A stretch of 64,000 bases of DNA, taken from Escherichia coli. GTDB taxonomy: Bacteria > Pseudomonadota > Gammaproteobacteria > Enterobacterales > Enterobacteriaceae. The position numbers and the translations under genes were made by a program. Below are positions 1 to 15,745 of the stretch, piece after piece. The notes below the pieces were generated by a model. The model had not been told where the DNA came from and did no database searches. It saw only the letters and a program-made list of their open reading frames with translations. The stretch lies in assembly GCF_011045215.1 (NCBI RefSeq), contig NZ_CP049201.1, one strand, 5' to 3'. Positions within the stretch are counted from its first letter, which is position 1; each line of letters starts with the position of its first letter.

Positions 1-267
1 TTTCAGCAGCTTAGCATCGTCCGGGATACCGTGGCACACCACTTCATTAATTGAGATGCAAACGGATTTCGGATAACCGTGATAGCCGAGGCAGGCAGAA
101 ACCGCGTGTTGTTCATTAACAATGTAATCATTACAGATGCGATCCAGCTCGCCGGTGCTGACGCCCGGTTTAACATATGGTTCGATCATCTCCAGCACTT
201 CGGCAGCCAGTCGGCCAGCGACGCGCATTTTTTCGATATCTTCTGGGGTCTTGATTGAGATAGCCAT
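1..267 (-). CDS. map: Methionine aminopeptidase, N-terminal part only (gene runs off the window start)
   Basis: Reverse complement of 241-267 reads ATG GCT ATC TCA ATC AAG ACC CCA GAA (MAISIKTPE), the recalled Map N-terminus; divergent from rpsB as in E. coli. Confidence 0.85.
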   Translation of the reverse strand, partial: MAISIKTPEDIEKMRVAGRLAAEVLEMIEPYVKPGVSTGELDRICNDYIVNEQHAVSACLGYHGYPKSVCISINEVVCHGIPDDAKLLK

Positions 268-412
268 TAATTCTGTCCATCAGCGTCGGTGATACCGACA
301 ATATATATGTAAGTGCCGTCAATGGTATCACACCCGGGCAAATTGAGAATCATTCTGAATTTCGCCAAACGTGCCACTGAAGGTTTTCTATAATAGAAAA
401 TTCGACGTCTGA

Positions 413-1360
<948 letters not shown>

Positions 1361-1532
1361 TAAGGCTTGATAACTCCCCCAAAATAGTTCGAGTTGCAGA
1401 AAGGCGGCAAGCTCGAGAATTCCCGGGAGCTTACATCAGTAAGTGACCGGGATGAGCGAGCGAAGACAACGCATCTGCGGCGCGAAATATGAAGGGAGAG
1501 AGCCCTTATAGACCAGGTAGTACACGTTTGGT

Positions 1533-1561
1533 TAGGGGGCCTGCATATGGCCCCCTTTTTC
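1533..1561 (+). terminator. rpsB-tsf intergenic hairpin plus T-run (attenuator/terminator)
   Basis: GGGGGCCTGCATATGGCCCCC followed by TTTTT. Confidence 0.5.
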
Positions 1562-1617
1562 ACTTTTATATCTGTGCGGTTTAATGCCGGGCAGATCACA
1601 TCTCCGAGGATTTTAGA

Positions 1618-2469
1618 ATGGCTGAAATTACCGCATCCCTGGTAAAAGAGCTGCGTGAGCGTACTGGCGCAGGCATGATGGATTGCAAAAAAGCACTGAC
1701 TGAAGCTAACGGCGACATCGAGCTGGCAATCGAAAACATGCGTAAGTCCGGTGCTATTAAAGCAGCGAAAAAAGCAGGCAACGTTGCTGCTGACGGCGTG
1801 ATCAAAACCAAAATCGACGGCAACTACGGCATCATTCTGGAAGTTAACTGCCAGACTGACTTCGTTGCAAAAGACGCTGGTTTCCAGGCGTTCGCAGACA
1901 AAGTTCTGGACGCAGCTGTTGCTGGCAAAATCACTGACGTTGAAGTTCTGAAAGCACAGTTCGAAGAAGAACGTGTTGCGCTGGTAGCGAAAATTGGTGA
2001 AAACATCAACATTCGCCGCGTTGCTGCGCTGGAAGGCGACGTTCTGGGTTCTTATCAGCACGGTGCGCGTATCGGCGTTCTGGTTGCTGCTAAAGGCGCT
2101 GACGAAGAGTTGGTTAAACACATCGCTATGCACGTTGCTGCAAGCAAGCCAGAATTCATCAAACCAGAAGACGTATCCGCTGAAGTGGTAGAAAAAGAAT
2201 ACCAGGTACAGCTGGATATCGCGATGCAGTCTGGTAAGCCGAAAGAAATCGCAGAGAAAATGGTTGAAGGCCGCATGAAGAAATTCACCGGCGAAGTTTC
2301 TCTGACCGGTCAGCCGTTCGTTATGGAACCAAGCAAAACTGTTGGTCAGCTGCTGAAAGAGCATAACGCTGAAGTGACTGGCTTCATCCGTTTCGAAGTG
2401 GGTGAAGGCATCGAGAAAGTTGAGACTGACTTTGCAGCAGAAGTTGCTGCGATGTCCAAGCAGTCTTAA
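1618..2469 (+). CDS. tsf: Elongation factor Ts
   Basis: 283-aa [30 protein letters not shown]...; follows rpsB. Confidence 0.96.
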
Positions 2470-2481
2470 TTATCGAAAAGG

Positions 2482-2506
2482 AGCCGCCTGAGGGCGGCTT
2501 CTTTTT
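2482..2506 (+). terminator. Rho-independent terminator after tsf
   Basis: AGCCGCC TGAG GGCGGCT stem followed by TCTTTTT. Confidence 0.6.
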
Positions 2507-2615
2507 GTGCCCATCTTGTAAATTCAGCTAACCCTTGTGGGGCTGCGCTGAAAAGCGACGTACAATGTCGCTAGTATTAATTCATTTCAATCGTTGACAG
2601 TCTCAGGAAAGAAAC

Positions 2616-3341
2616 ATGGCTACCAATGCAAAACCCGTCTATAAACGCATTCTGCTTAAGTTGAGTGGCGAAGCTCTGCAGGGCACTGAAGGCTTCGGTA
2701 TTGATGCAAGCATACTGGATCGTATGGCTCAGGAAATCAAAGAACTGGTTGAACTGGGTATTCAGGTTGGTGTGGTGATTGGTGGGGGTAACCTGTTCCG
2801 TGGCGCTGGTCTGGCGAAAGCGGGTATGAACCGCGTTGTGGGCGACCACATGGGGATGCTGGCGACCGTAATGAACGGCCTGGCAATGCGTGATGCACTG
2901 CACCGCGCCTATGTGAACGCTCGCCTGATGTCCGCTATTCCATTGAATGGCGTGTGCGACAGCTACAGCTGGGCAGAAGCTATCAGCCTGTTGCGCAACA
3001 ACCGTGTGGTGATCCTCTCCGCCGGTACAGGTAACCCGTTCTTTACCACCGACTCAGCAGCTTGCCTGCGTGGTATCGAAATTGAAGCCGATGTGGTGCT
3101 GAAAGCAACCAAAGTTGACGGCGTGTTTACTGCTGATCCGGCGAAAGATCCAACTGCAACCATGTACGAGCAACTGACTTACAGCGAAGTGCTGGAAAAA
3201 GAGCTGAAAGTCATGGACCTGGCGGCCTTCACGCTGGCTCGTGACCATAAATTACCGATTCGTGTTTTCAACATGAACAAACCGGGTGCGCTGCGCCGTG
3301 TGGTAATGGGTGAAAAAGAAGGGACTTTAATCACGGAATAA
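2616..3341 (+). CDS. pyrH: UMP kinase
   Basis: 241-aa [24 protein letters not shown]...; conserved position before frr. Confidence 0.95.
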   Translation: MATNAKPVYKRILLKLSGEALQGTEGFGIDASILDRMAQEIKELVELGIQVGVVIGGGNLFRGAGLAKAGMNRVVGDHMGMLATVMNGLAMRDALHRAYVNARLMSAIPLNGVCDSYSWAEAISLLRNNRVVILSAGTGNPFFTTDSAACLRGIEIEADVVLKATKVDGVFTADPAKDPTATMYEQLTYSEVLEKELKVMDLAAFTLARDHKLPIRVFNMNKPGALRRVVMGEKEGTLITE

Positions 3342-3491
3342 TTCCCGTGATGGATAAATAAGGGTAAGATTCCGCGTAAGTATCGCGGGGGATCTTACCC
3401 CGTAATATGTTTAATCAGGGCTATACTTAGCACACTTCCACTGTGTGTGACTGTCTGGTCTGACTGAGACAAGTTTTCAAGGATTCGTAAC

Positions 3492-4049
3492 GTGATTAGC
3501 GATATCAGAAAAGATGCTGAAGTACGCATGGACAAATGCGTAGAAGCGTTCAAAACCCAAATCAGCAAAATACGCACGGGTCGTGCTTCTCCCAGCCTGC
3601 TGGATGGCATTGTCGTGGAATATTACGGCACGCCGACGCCGCTGCGTCAGCTGGCAAGCGTAACGGTAGAAGATTCCCGTACTCTGAAAATCAACGTGTT
3701 TGATCGTTCAATGTCTCCGGCCGTTGAAAAAGCGATTATGGCGTCCGATCTTGGCCTGAACCCGAACTCTGCGGGTAGCGACATCCGTGTTCCGCTGCCG
3801 CCGCTGACGGAAGAACGTCGTAAAGATCTGACCAAAATCGTTCGTGGTGAAGCAGAACAAGCGCGTGTTGCAGTACGTAACGTGCGTCGTGACGCGAACG
3901 ACAAAGTGAAAGCACTGTTGAAAGATAAAGAGATCAGCGAAGACGACGATCGCCGTTCTCAGGACGATGTACAGAAACTGACTGATGCTGCAATCAAGAA
4001 AATTGAAGCGGCGCTGGCAGACAAAGAAGCAGAACTGATGCAGTTCTGA
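3492..4049 (+). CDS. frr: Ribosome recycling factor
   Basis: 185-aa ORF with GTG start, [21 protein letters not shown]... Confidence 0.95.
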
Positions 4050-4063
4050 TTTCTTGAACGACA

Positions 4064-4116
4064 AAAACGCCGCTCAGTAGATCCTTGCGGATCGGCTGGC
4101 GGCGTTTTGCTTTTTA
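4064..4116 (+). terminator. Rho-independent terminator after frr
   Basis: AAAACGCCGC ... GCGGCGTTTT inverted repeat followed by a T-run. Confidence 0.5.
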
Positions 4117-4140
4117 TTCTGTCTCAACTCTGGATGTTTC

Positions 4141-5337
4141 ATGAAGCAACTCACCATTCTGGGCTCGACCGGCTCGATTGGTTGCAGCACGCTGGACGTG
4201 GTGCGCCATAATCCCGAACACTTCCGCGTAGTTGCGCTGGTGGCAGGCAAAAATGTCACTCGCATGGTAGAACAGTGCCTGGAATTCTCTCCCCGCTATG
4301 CCGTAATGGACGATGAAGCGAGTGCGAAACTTCTTAAAACGATGCTACAGCAACAGGGTAGCCGCACCGAAGTCTTAAGTGGGCAACAAGCCGCTTGCGA
4401 TATGGCAGCGCTTGAGGATGTTGATCAGGTGATGGCAGCCATTGTTGGCGCTGCTGGGCTGTTACCTACGCTTGCTGCGATCCGCGCGGGTAAAACCATT
4501 TTGCTGGCCAATAAAGAATCACTGGTTACCTGCGGACGTCTGTTTATGGACGCCGTAAAGCAGAGCAAAGCGCAATTGTTACCGGTCGATAGCGAACATA
4601 ACGCCATTTTTCAGAGTTTACCGCAACCTATCCAGCATAATCTGGGATACGCTGACCTTGAGCAAAATGGCGTGGTGTCCATTTTACTTACCGGGTCTGG
4701 TGGCCCTTTCCGTGAGACGCCATTGCGCGATTTGGCAACAATGACGCCCGATCAAGCCTGCCGTCATCCGAACTGGTCGATGGGACGTAAAATTTCTGTC
4801 GATTCGGCTACCATGATGAACAAAGGTCTGGAATACATTGAAGCGCGTTGGCTGTTTAACGCCAGCGCCAGCCAGATGGAAGTGCTGATTCACCCGCAGT
4901 CAGTGATTCACTCAATGGTGCGCTATCAGGACGGCAGTGTTCTGGCGCAGCTGGGGGAACCGGATATGCGTACGCCAATTGCCCACACCATGGCATGGCC
5001 GAATCGCGTGAACTCTGGCGTGAAGCCGCTCGATTTTTGCAAACTAAGTGCGTTGACATTTGCCGCACCGGATTATGATCGTTATCCATGCCTGAAACTG
5101 GCGATGGAGGCGTTCGAACAAGGCCAGGCAGCGACGACAGCATTGAATGCCGCAAACGAAATCACCGTTGCTGCTTTTCTTGCGCAACAAATCCGCTTTA
5201 CGGATATCGCTGCGTTGAATTTATCCGTACTGGAAAAAATGGATATGCGCGAACCACAATGTGTGGACGATGTGTTATCTGTTGATGCGAACGCGCGTGA
5301 AGTCGCCAGAAAAGAGGTGATGCGTCTCGCAAGCTGA
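4141..5337 (+). CDS. dxr: 1-deoxy-D-xylulose 5-phosphate reductoisomerase
   Basis: 398-aa [31 protein letters not shown]... Confidence 0.95.
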
Positions 5338-5522
5338 GGATAATCCGGCTACAGAGAGTCGCGCTATTTGTTAGCGTAGGGCTTCAGTGATATAGTCTGC
5401 GCCATCTGATCGTAAGTAGTTGGCTTTATAAGGTCAGGTATGCCGTGGTTTTACACGGCTTTTTTTTGTATAGGCTTCAGTATTCCTGAGTACCGTAAAC
5501 CCTGTCAGGGAATAAAAAACGC

Positions 5523-6284
5523 GTGATGTTGTCTGCTACTCAACCACTTAGCGAAAAATTGCCAGCGCATGGCTGCCGTCATGTTGCGATCATTATGGAC
5601 GGCAATGGTCGCTGGGCAAAAAAGCAAGGGAAGATTCGTGCCTTTGGGCATAAAGCCGGGGCAAAATCCGTCCGCCGGGCTGTCTCTTTTGCGGCCAACA
5701 ACGGTATTGAGGCGTTAACGCTGTATGCCTTTAGTAGTGAAAACTGGAACCGACCAGCGCAGGAAGTCAGTGCGTTAATGGAACTGTTTGTGTGGGCGCT
5801 CGATAGCGAAGTAAAAAGTCTGCACCGACATAACGTGCGTCTGCGTATTATTGGTGATACCAGTCGCTTTAACTCGCGTTTGCAAGAACGTATTCGTAAA
5901 TCTGAAGCGCTAACAGCCGGGAATACCGGTCTGACGCTGAATATTGCGGCGAACTACGGTGGACGTTGGGATATAGTCCAGGGAGTCAGGCAACTGGCTG
6001 AAAAGGTGCAGCAAGGAAACCTGCAACCAGATCAGATAGATGAAGAGATGCTAAACCAGCATGTCTGTATGCATGAACTGGCCCCTGTAGATTTAGTAAT
6101 TAGGACTGGGGGGGAGCATCGCATTAGTAACTTTTTGCTTTGGCAAATTGCCTATGCCGAACTTTACTTTACAGATGTTCTCTGGCCCGATTTCGATGAA
6201 CAAGACTTTGAAGGGGCGTTAAATGCCTTTGCTAATCGAGAGCGTCGTTTCGGCGGCACCGAGCCCGGTGATGAAACAGCCTGA
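5523..6284 (+). CDS. uppS: Undecaprenyl diphosphate synthase
   Basis: 253-aa ORF MMLSATQPLSEKLPAHGCRHVAIIMDGNGRWA... Confidence 0.93.
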   Translation: MMLSATQPLSEKLPAHGCRHVAIIMDGNGRWAKKQGKIRAFGHKAGAKSVRRAVSFAANNGIEALTLYAFSSENWNRPAQEVSALMELFVWALDSEVKSLHRHNVRLRIIGDTSRFNSRLQERIRKSEALTAGNTGLTLNIAANYGGRWDIVQGVRQLAEKVQQGNLQPDQIDEEMLNQHVCMHELAPVDLVIRTGGEHRISNFLLWQIAYAELYFTDVLWPDFDEQDFEGALNAFANRERRFGGTEPGDETA

Positions 6285-6296
6285 TGGGGGTCGCTT

Positions 6297-7154
6297 TTGC
6301 TGAAGTATCGCCTGATATCTGCTTTTGTGTTAATACCCGTCGTCATCGCGGCGTTGTTTCTGTTGCCGCCGGTGGGGTTCGCCATTGTAACGCTGGTGGT
6401 CTGCATGCTGGCAGCGTGGGAATGGGGACAGCTTAGCGGTTTTACCACTCGTTCGCAGCGAGTATGGTTGGCGGTGTTATGCGGGTTATTGTTGGCGCTG
6501 ATGCTTTTTCTGTTGCCGGAATATCACCGAAATATTCATCAACCGCTGGTTGAAATCTCACTTTGGGCTTCGTTGGGTTGGTGGATTGTCGCGCTATTGC
6601 TGGTGCTGTTTTACCCAGGTTCCGCAGCAATCTGGCGTAACTCTAAAACATTGCGCCTTATTTTTGGCGTGCTAACCATTGTTCCCTTCTTCTGGGGCAT
6701 GCTGGCGTTACGGGCCTGGCACTATGACGAGAATCATTACAGTGGCGCAATATGGCTGCTCTATGTCATGATCCTGGTATGGGGCGCTGACTCTGGCGCA
6801 TATATGTTTGGCAAATTGTTTGGTAAACATAAGCTGGCACCGAAGGTTTCTCCGGGTAAAACCTGGCAAGGCTTTATAGGTGGACTCGCGACCGCAGCAG
6901 TAATCTCATGGGGTTATGGCATGTGGGCGAATCTCGACGTCGCTCCCGTCACCTTACTCATTTGCTCTATTGTCGCAGCGTTAGCCTCAGTGCTCGGCGA
7001 TCTGACCGAGAGTATGTTTAAGCGTGAAGCAGGAATTAAGGACAGCGGTCATTTAATTCCAGGACACGGTGGTATTTTAGATCGTATTGATAGCCTGACG
7101 GCTGCGGTACCGGTCTTTGCTTGCTTGTTGTTACTGGTATTCAGGACGCTTTAA
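6297..7154 (+). CDS. cdsA: CDP-diglyceride synthase
   Basis: 285-aa multi-pass membrane ORF, TTG start; synteny uppS-cdsA-rseP. Confidence 0.92.
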
Positions 7155-7165
7155 CGGAAGGTAAT

Positions 7166-8518
7166 ATGCTGAGTTTTCTCTGGGATTTGGCTTCGTTCAT
7201 CGTTGCACTGGGTGTACTTATCACCGTGCATGAATTTGGTCATTTCTGGGTTGCCCGGCGTTGTGGTGTTCGCGTTGAGCGTTTCTCAATAGGGTTTGGT
7301 AAGGCGCTCTGGCGGCGAACTGATAAGCTCGGCACCGAATATGTTATCGCCCTGATCCCGTTGGGCGGTTATGTCAAAATGCTGGATGAGCGCGCAGAAC
7401 CGGTCGTTCCGGAACTCCGCCACCATGCCTTCAATAATAAATCTGTCGGCCAACGAGCGGCGATTATTGCCGCAGGTCCGGTTGCAAACTTCATTTTTGC
7501 TATCTTTGCCTACTGGCTGGTTTTTATTATTGGTGTGCCTGGCGTACGTCCGGTGGTTGGCGAAATAGCAGCCAATTCGATAGCTGCGGAAGCACAAATT
7601 GCACCAGGTACGGAACTAAAAGCCGTAGATGGTATCGAAACGCCTGATTGGGATGCCGTGCGTTTGCAGTTGGTCGATAAAATTGGCGATGAAAGCACCA
7701 CCATTACAGTAGCGCCATTTGGCAGCGACCAACGGCGGGATGTAAAGCTCGATTTACGTCACTGGGCGTTTGAGCCTGATAAAGAAGATCCGGTATCTTC
7801 GCTGGGGATTCGTCCTCGTGGGCCGCAAATTGAACCTGTACTGGAAAATGTGCAGCCAAACTCGGCGGCAAGCAAGGCAGGTTTGCAAGCAGGCGACAGG
7901 ATCGTTAAAGTCGATGGTCAGCCCTTAACGCAGTGGGTGACCTTTGTGATGCTTGTCCGGGATAACCCGGGTAAATCCTTAGCGTTAGAAATCGAAAGGC
8001 AGGGGAGTCCCTTGTCTTTGACATTAATCCCGGAGAGTAAACCGGGTAATGGTAAAGCGATTGGTTTTGTCGGTATTGAGCCGAAAGTCATTCCTTTGCC
8101 AGATGAGTATAAAGTTGTACGCCAGTATGGGCCGTTCAACGCCATCGTCGAAGCCACGGACAAAACGTGGCAGCTGATGAAGCTGACGGTCAGTATGCTG
8201 GGAAAATTGATCACCGGTGATGTGAAACTGAACAACCTCAGTGGGCCGATCTCTATCGCCAAGGGGGCTGGGATGACAGCGGAACTCGGGGTAGTTTATT
8301 ACCTGCCGTTTCTTGCGCTTATTAGCGTGAACTTAGGGATAATTAACCTGTTTCCGTTGCCCGTACTTGACGGGGGGCATCTGCTGTTCCTTGCGATCGA
8401 AAAGATCAAGGGCGGACCGGTATCCGAGCGGGTTCAAGACTTTTGTTATCGCATTGGCTCGATTCTGCTGGTGCTGTTAATGGGGCTTGCACTTTTCAAT
8501 GATTTCTCTCGGTTATGA
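7166..8518 (+). CDS. rseP: Regulator of sigma-E protease RseP (site-2 protease)
   Basis: Start taken at [11 protein letters not shown] (450 aa) inside track ORF 7121-8518; HEFGH zinc-protease motif. Confidence 0.93.
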
Positions 8519-8529
8519 GAGTTAGTTAG

Positions 8530-10980
<2,451 letters not shown>

Positions 10981-11101
10981 GTGTTCTCCACAAAGGAATG
11001 TAGTGGTAGTGTAGCGATGACTTTAGGCGATCAATATAAGATCGCCGGGCCACGCAAAGAACTGCACCCTCCGGTGCAAATGGGATGGTAAGGAGTTTAT
11101 T

Positions 11102-11587
11102 GTGAAAAAGTGGTTATTAGCTGCAGGTCTCGGTTTAGCACTGGCAACATCTGCTCAGGCGGCTGACAAAATTGCAATCGTCAACATGGGCAGCCTGTTC
11201 CAGCAGGTAGCGCAGAAAACCGGTGTTTCTAACACGCTGGAAAATGAGTTCAAAGGCCGTGCCAGCGAACTGCAGCGTATGGAAACCGATCTGCAGGCTA
11301 AAATGAAAAAGCTGCAGTCCATGAAAGCGGGCAGCGATCGCACTAAGCTGGAAAAAGACGTGATGGCTCAGCGCCAGACTTTTGCTCAGAAAGCGCAGGC
11401 TTTTGAGCAGGATCGCGCACGTCGTTCCAACGAAGAACGCGGCAAACTGGTTACTCGTATCCAGACTGCTGTGAAATCCGTTGCCAACAGCCAGGATATC
11501 GATCTGGTTGTTGATGCAAACGCCGTTGCTTACAACAGCAGCGATGTAAAAGACATCACTGCCGACGTACTGAAACAGGTTAAATAA
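11102..11587 (+). CDS. skp: Periplasmic chaperone Skp
   Basis: 161-aa ORF, GTG start, signal peptide [20 protein letters not shown]. Confidence 0.95.
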   Translation: MKKWLLAAGLGLALATSAQAADKIAIVNMGSLFQQVAQKTGVSNTLENEFKGRASELQRMETDLQAKMKKLQSMKAGSDRTKLEKDVMAQRQTFAQKAQAFEQDRARRSNEERGKLVTRIQTAVKSVANSQDIDLVVDANAVAYNSSDVKDITADVLKQVK

Positions 11588-11590
11588 GTA

Positions 11591-12616
11591 ATGCCTTCAA
11601 TTCGACTGGCTGATTTAGCGCAGCAGTTGGATGCAGAACTACACGGTGATGGCGATATCGTCATCACCGGCGTTGCGTCCATGCAATCTGCACAAACAGG
11701 TCACATTACGTTCATGGTTAACCCAAAATACCGTGAGCATTTAGGCTTGTGCCAGGCGTCCGCGGTTGTCATGACCCAGGACGATCTTCCTTTCGCGAAA
11801 AGTGCCGCGCTGGTAGTGAAGAATCCCTACCTGACTTACGCGCGCATGGCGCAAATTTTAGATACCACTCCGCAGCCCGCGCAGAACATTGCACCCAGTG
11901 CGGTGATCGACGCGACGGCGAAGCTGGGTAACAACGTATCGATTGGCGCTAACGCGGTGATTGAGTCCGGCGTTGAACTGGGCGATAACGTGATTATCGG
12001 TGCCGGTTGCTTCGTAGGTAAAAACAGCAAAATCGGTGCAGGTTCGCGTCTCTGGGCGAACGTAACCATTTACCATGAGATCCAGATCGGTCAGAATTGC
12101 CTGATCCAGTCCGGAACAGTGGTAGGCGCAGACGGCTTTGGTTATGCCAACGATCGTGGTAACTGGGTGAAGATCCCACAGATTGGTCGCGTAATTATTG
12201 GCGATCGCGTGGAGATCGGTGCCTGCACAACCATCGATCGCGGCGCGCTGGATGACACTATTATTGGCAATGGCGTGATCATTGATAACCAGTGCCAGAT
12301 TGCACATAACGTCGTGATTGGCGACAATACGGCGGTTGCCGGTGGCGTCATTATGGCGGGCAGCCTGAAAATTGGTCGTTACTGCATGATCGGCGGAGCC
12401 AGCGTAATCAACGGGCATATGGAAATATGCGACAAAGTGACGGTTACAGGCATGGGTATGGTGATGCGTCCCATCACTGAACCAGGCGTCTATTCCTCAG
12501 GCATTCCGCTGCAACCCAACAAAGTCTGGCGCAAAACCGCTGCACTGGTGATGAACATTGATGACATGAGCAAGCGTCTGAAATCGCTTGAGCGCAAGGT
12601 TAATCAACAAGACTAA
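11591..12616 (+). CDS. lpxD: UDP-3-O-(3-hydroxymyristoyl)glucosamine N-acyltransferase
   Basis: 341-aa ORF with hexapeptide repeats; synteny skp-lpxD-fabZ. Confidence 0.95.
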
Positions 12617-12720
12617 CGTTCCATCTTTTGTTCGCCAAACTTTACGGCCTGTCTCATTCTTACGATTGCGGCAGGCCGTGTTATTATTGTCGTTTCTTAT
12701 ATTTTGACAGGAAGAGTATC

Positions 12721-13176
12721 TTGACTACTAACACTCATACTCTGCAGATTGAAGAGATTTTAGAACTTCTGCCGCACCGTTTCCCGTTCTTACTGGTGGA
12801 TCGCGTGCTGGATTTTGAAGAAGGTCGTTTTCTGCGCGCAGTAAAAAATGTCTCTGTCAATGAGCCATTCTTCCAGGGCCATTTCCCTGGAAAACCGATT
12901 TTCCCGGGTGTGCTGATTCTGGAAGCAATGGCACAGGCAACAGGTATTCTGGCGTTTAAAAGCGTAGGAAAACTGGAACCGGGTGAGCTGTACTACTTCG
13001 CTGGTATTGACGAAGCGCGCTTCAAGCGCCCGGTCGTGCCTGGCGATCAAATGATCATGGAAGTCACTTTCGAAAAAACGCGCCGCGGCCTGACCCGTTT
13101 TAAAGGGGTTGCTCTGGTCGACGGTAAAGTAGTTTGCGAAGCAACGATGATGTGTGCTCGTAGCCGGGAGGCCTGA
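12721..13176 (+). CDS. fabZ: 3-hydroxyacyl-ACP dehydratase FabZ
   Basis: Start taken at TTG giving (M)[28 protein letters not shown] (151 aa) inside track ORF 12628-13176. Confidence 0.93.
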
Positions 13177-13179
13177 TAC

Positions 13180-13968
13180 GTGATTGATAAATCCGCCTTT
13201 GTGCATCCAACCGCCATTGTGGAAGAGGGCGCGTCGATTGGCGCGAACGCACACATTGGTCCTTTTTGTATCGTTGGACCCCATGTCGAAATTGGTGAGG
13301 GTACCGTACTGAAATCTCACGTTGTCGTGAATGGTCATACTAAAATTGGCCGCGATAATGAGATTTATCAGTTCGCCTCCATCGGCGAAGTTAACCAGGA
13401 TTTGAAATATGCTGGCGAACCGACCCGTGTGGAAATCGGCGATCGTAACCGCATTCGCGAAAGCGTCACCATTCATCGTGGCACAGTCCAGGGCGGTGGA
13501 TTGACGAAGGTGGGCAGCGACAACTTACTGATGATCAACGCGCACATTGCGCACGATTGTACGGTAGGTAACCGCTGTATTCTCGCCAACAACGCAACGC
13601 TGGCGGGTCACGTATCGGTTGACGACTTCGCGATTATCGGCGGCATGACCGCAGTCCATCAGTTCTGCATCATTGGTGCGCATGTGATGGTTGGCGGCTG
13701 CTCCGGTGTGGCGCAGGACGTCCCTCCTTATGTCATTGCGCAGGGTAACCACGCAACGCCGTTCGGTGTCAATATCGAAGGGCTGAAGCGCCGCGGATTC
13801 AGCCGTGAGGCGATTACCGCTATCCGCAATGCGTATAAGCTGATTTATCGTAGCGGTAAAACGCTCGATGAAGTGAAACCGGAAATTGCTGAACTGGCGG
13901 AAACATATCCGGAAGTGAAAGCCTTTACCGATTTCTTTGCACGCTCAACGCGCGGTCTGATTCGTTAA
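13180..13968 (+). CDS. lpxA: UDP-N-acetylglucosamine acyltransferase
   Basis: 262-aa ORF, GTG start, hexapeptide-repeat protein. Confidence 0.95.
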
Positions 13969-15116
13969 TGACTGAACAGCGTCCATTAACGATTGCCCTG
14001 GTCGCCGGAGAAACCTCCGGCGATATCCTGGGGGCCGGTTTAATCCGCGCTCTGAAAGAACGTGTGCCCAACGCCCGCTTTGTTGGCGTTGCCGGGCCAC
14101 GAATGCAGGCTGAAGGCTGCGAAGCCTGGTACGAAATGGAAGAACTGGCGGTAATGGGCATTGTTGAAGTGCTCGGTCGTCTGCGTCGCTTACTGCATAT
14201 TCGTGCCGATCTGACAAAGCGTTTTGGCGAACTGAAGCCAGATGTTTTTGTTGGTATTGATGCGCCTGACTTCAATATTACTCTTGAAGGTAACCTCAAA
14301 AAGCAGGGTATCAAAACCATTCATTACGTCAGTCCATCCGTCTGGGCGTGGCGACAGAAACGCGTTTTCAAAATAGGCAGAGCCACCGATCTGGTGCTCG
14401 CATTTCTGCCTTTCGAAAAAGCGTTTTATGACAAATACAACGTACCGTGCCGCTTTATCGGTCATACCATGGCTGATGCCATGCCATTAGATCCAGATAA
14501 AAATAGTGCCCGTGATGTGCTGGGGATCCCTTACGATGCCCACTGTCTGGCATTGTTGCCGGGCAGCCGTGGTGCAGAAGTCGAAATGCTTAGTGCCGAT
14601 TTCCTGAAAACGGCCCAGCTTTTGCGCCAGACATATCCGGATCTCGAAATCGTGGTGCCACTGGTGAATGCCAAACGCCGCGAGCAGTTTGAACGCATCA
14701 AAGCTGAAGTCGCGCCAGACCTTTCAGTTCATTTGCTGGATGGGATGGGCCGTGAGGCGATGGTCGCCAGCGATGCGGCACTACTGGCGTCGGGGACGGC
14801 AGCCCTGGAGTGTATGCTGGCGAAATGCCCGATGGTGGTGGGATATCGCATGAAGCCTTTTACCTTCTGGTTGGCGAAGCGGCTGGTGAAAACTGATTAT
14901 GTCTCGCTGCCAAATCTGCTGGCGGGCAGAGAGTTAGTCAAAGAGTTATTGCAGGAAGAGTGTGAGCCGCAAAAACTGGCTGCGGCGCTGTTACCGCTGC
15001 TGGCGAACGGGAAAACCAGCCACGCGATGCACGATACCTTCCGTGAACTGCATCAGCAGATCCGCTGCAATGCCGATGAGCAGGCGGCACAAGCCGTTCT
15101 GGAGTTAGCACAATGA
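13968..15116 (+). CDS. lpxB: Lipid-A-disaccharide synthase
   Basis: 382-aa [33 protein letters not shown]...; start overlaps the lpxA stop. Confidence 0.95.
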   Translation: MTEQRPLTIALVAGETSGDILGAGLIRALKERVPNARFVGVAGPRMQAEGCEAWYEMEELAVMGIVEVLGRLRRLLHIRADLTKRFGELKPDVFVGIDAPDFNITLEGNLKKQGIKTIHYVSPSVWAWRQKRVFKIGRATDLVLAFLPFEKAFYDKYNVPCRFIGHTMADAMPLDPDKNSARDVLGIPYDAHCLALLPGSRGAEVEMLSADFLKTAQLLRQTYPDLEIVVPLVNAKRREQFERIKAEVAPDLSVHLLDGMGREAMVASDAALLASGTAALECMLAKCPMVVGYRMKPFTFWLAKRLVKTDYVSLPNLLAGRELVKELLQEECEPQKLAAALLPLLANGKTSHAMHDTFRELHQQIRCNADEQAAQAVLELAQ

Positions 15117-15709
15117 TCGAATTTGTCTATCCGCACACGCAGCTGGTTGCGGGTGTGGATGAAGTCGGACGCGGGCCGTTAGTTGGCGCGGTCGTCACCG
15201 CTGCGGTGATCCTTGACCCGGCGCGCCCGATTGCCGGGCTGAATGATTCCAAAAAGCTGAGCGAAAAACGCCGTCTGGCGCTCTATGAAGAGATCAAAGA
15301 GAAAGCGTTGAGCTGGAGTCTGGGCTGCGCGGAACCCCATGAAATCGACGAGCTGAACATTCTTCATGCGACCATGCTGGCGATGCAGCGTGCCGTCGCT
15401 GGGCTGCATATTGCGCCGGAATATGTGTTGATTGATGGTAACCGCTGCCCGAAATTACCGATGCCTGCGATGGCTGTGGTGAAAGGCGATAGCCGCGTAC
15501 CGGAAATCAGTGCCGCGTCTATCCTGGCGAAAGTGACGCGTGACGCCGAAATGGCGGCGCTGGATATTGTTTTCCCGCAATATGGTTTTGCCCAACACAA
15601 AGGGTATCCAACCGCTTTTCATCTGGAAAAACTGGCTGAATATGGCGCGACTGAACATCATCGTCGCAGCTTTGGGCCTGTCAAACGAGCACTGGGACTT
15701 GCGTCCTGA
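15113..15709 (+). CDS. rnhB: Ribonuclease HII
   Basis: 198-aa ORF; 4-nt overlap with lpxB. Confidence 0.95.
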   Translation: MIEFVYPHTQLVAGVDEVGRGPLVGAVVTAAVILDPARPIAGLNDSKKLSEKRRLALYEEIKEKALSWSLGCAEPHEIDELNILHATMLAMQRAVAGLHIAPEYVLIDGNRCPKLPMPAMAVVKGDSRVPEISAASILAKVTRDAEMAALDIVFPQYGFAQHKGYPTAFHLEKLAEYGATEHHRRSFGPVKRALGLAS

Positions 15710-15745
15710 TTCTTGTGTCGAGATTAAGTAAACCGGAATCTGAAG

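Noticed and set aside
12790-13476. 228-aa minus-strand ORF spanning the fabZ-lpxA junction
   Set aside because: Antisense to two conserved lipid A/fatty-acid genes; no independent support.
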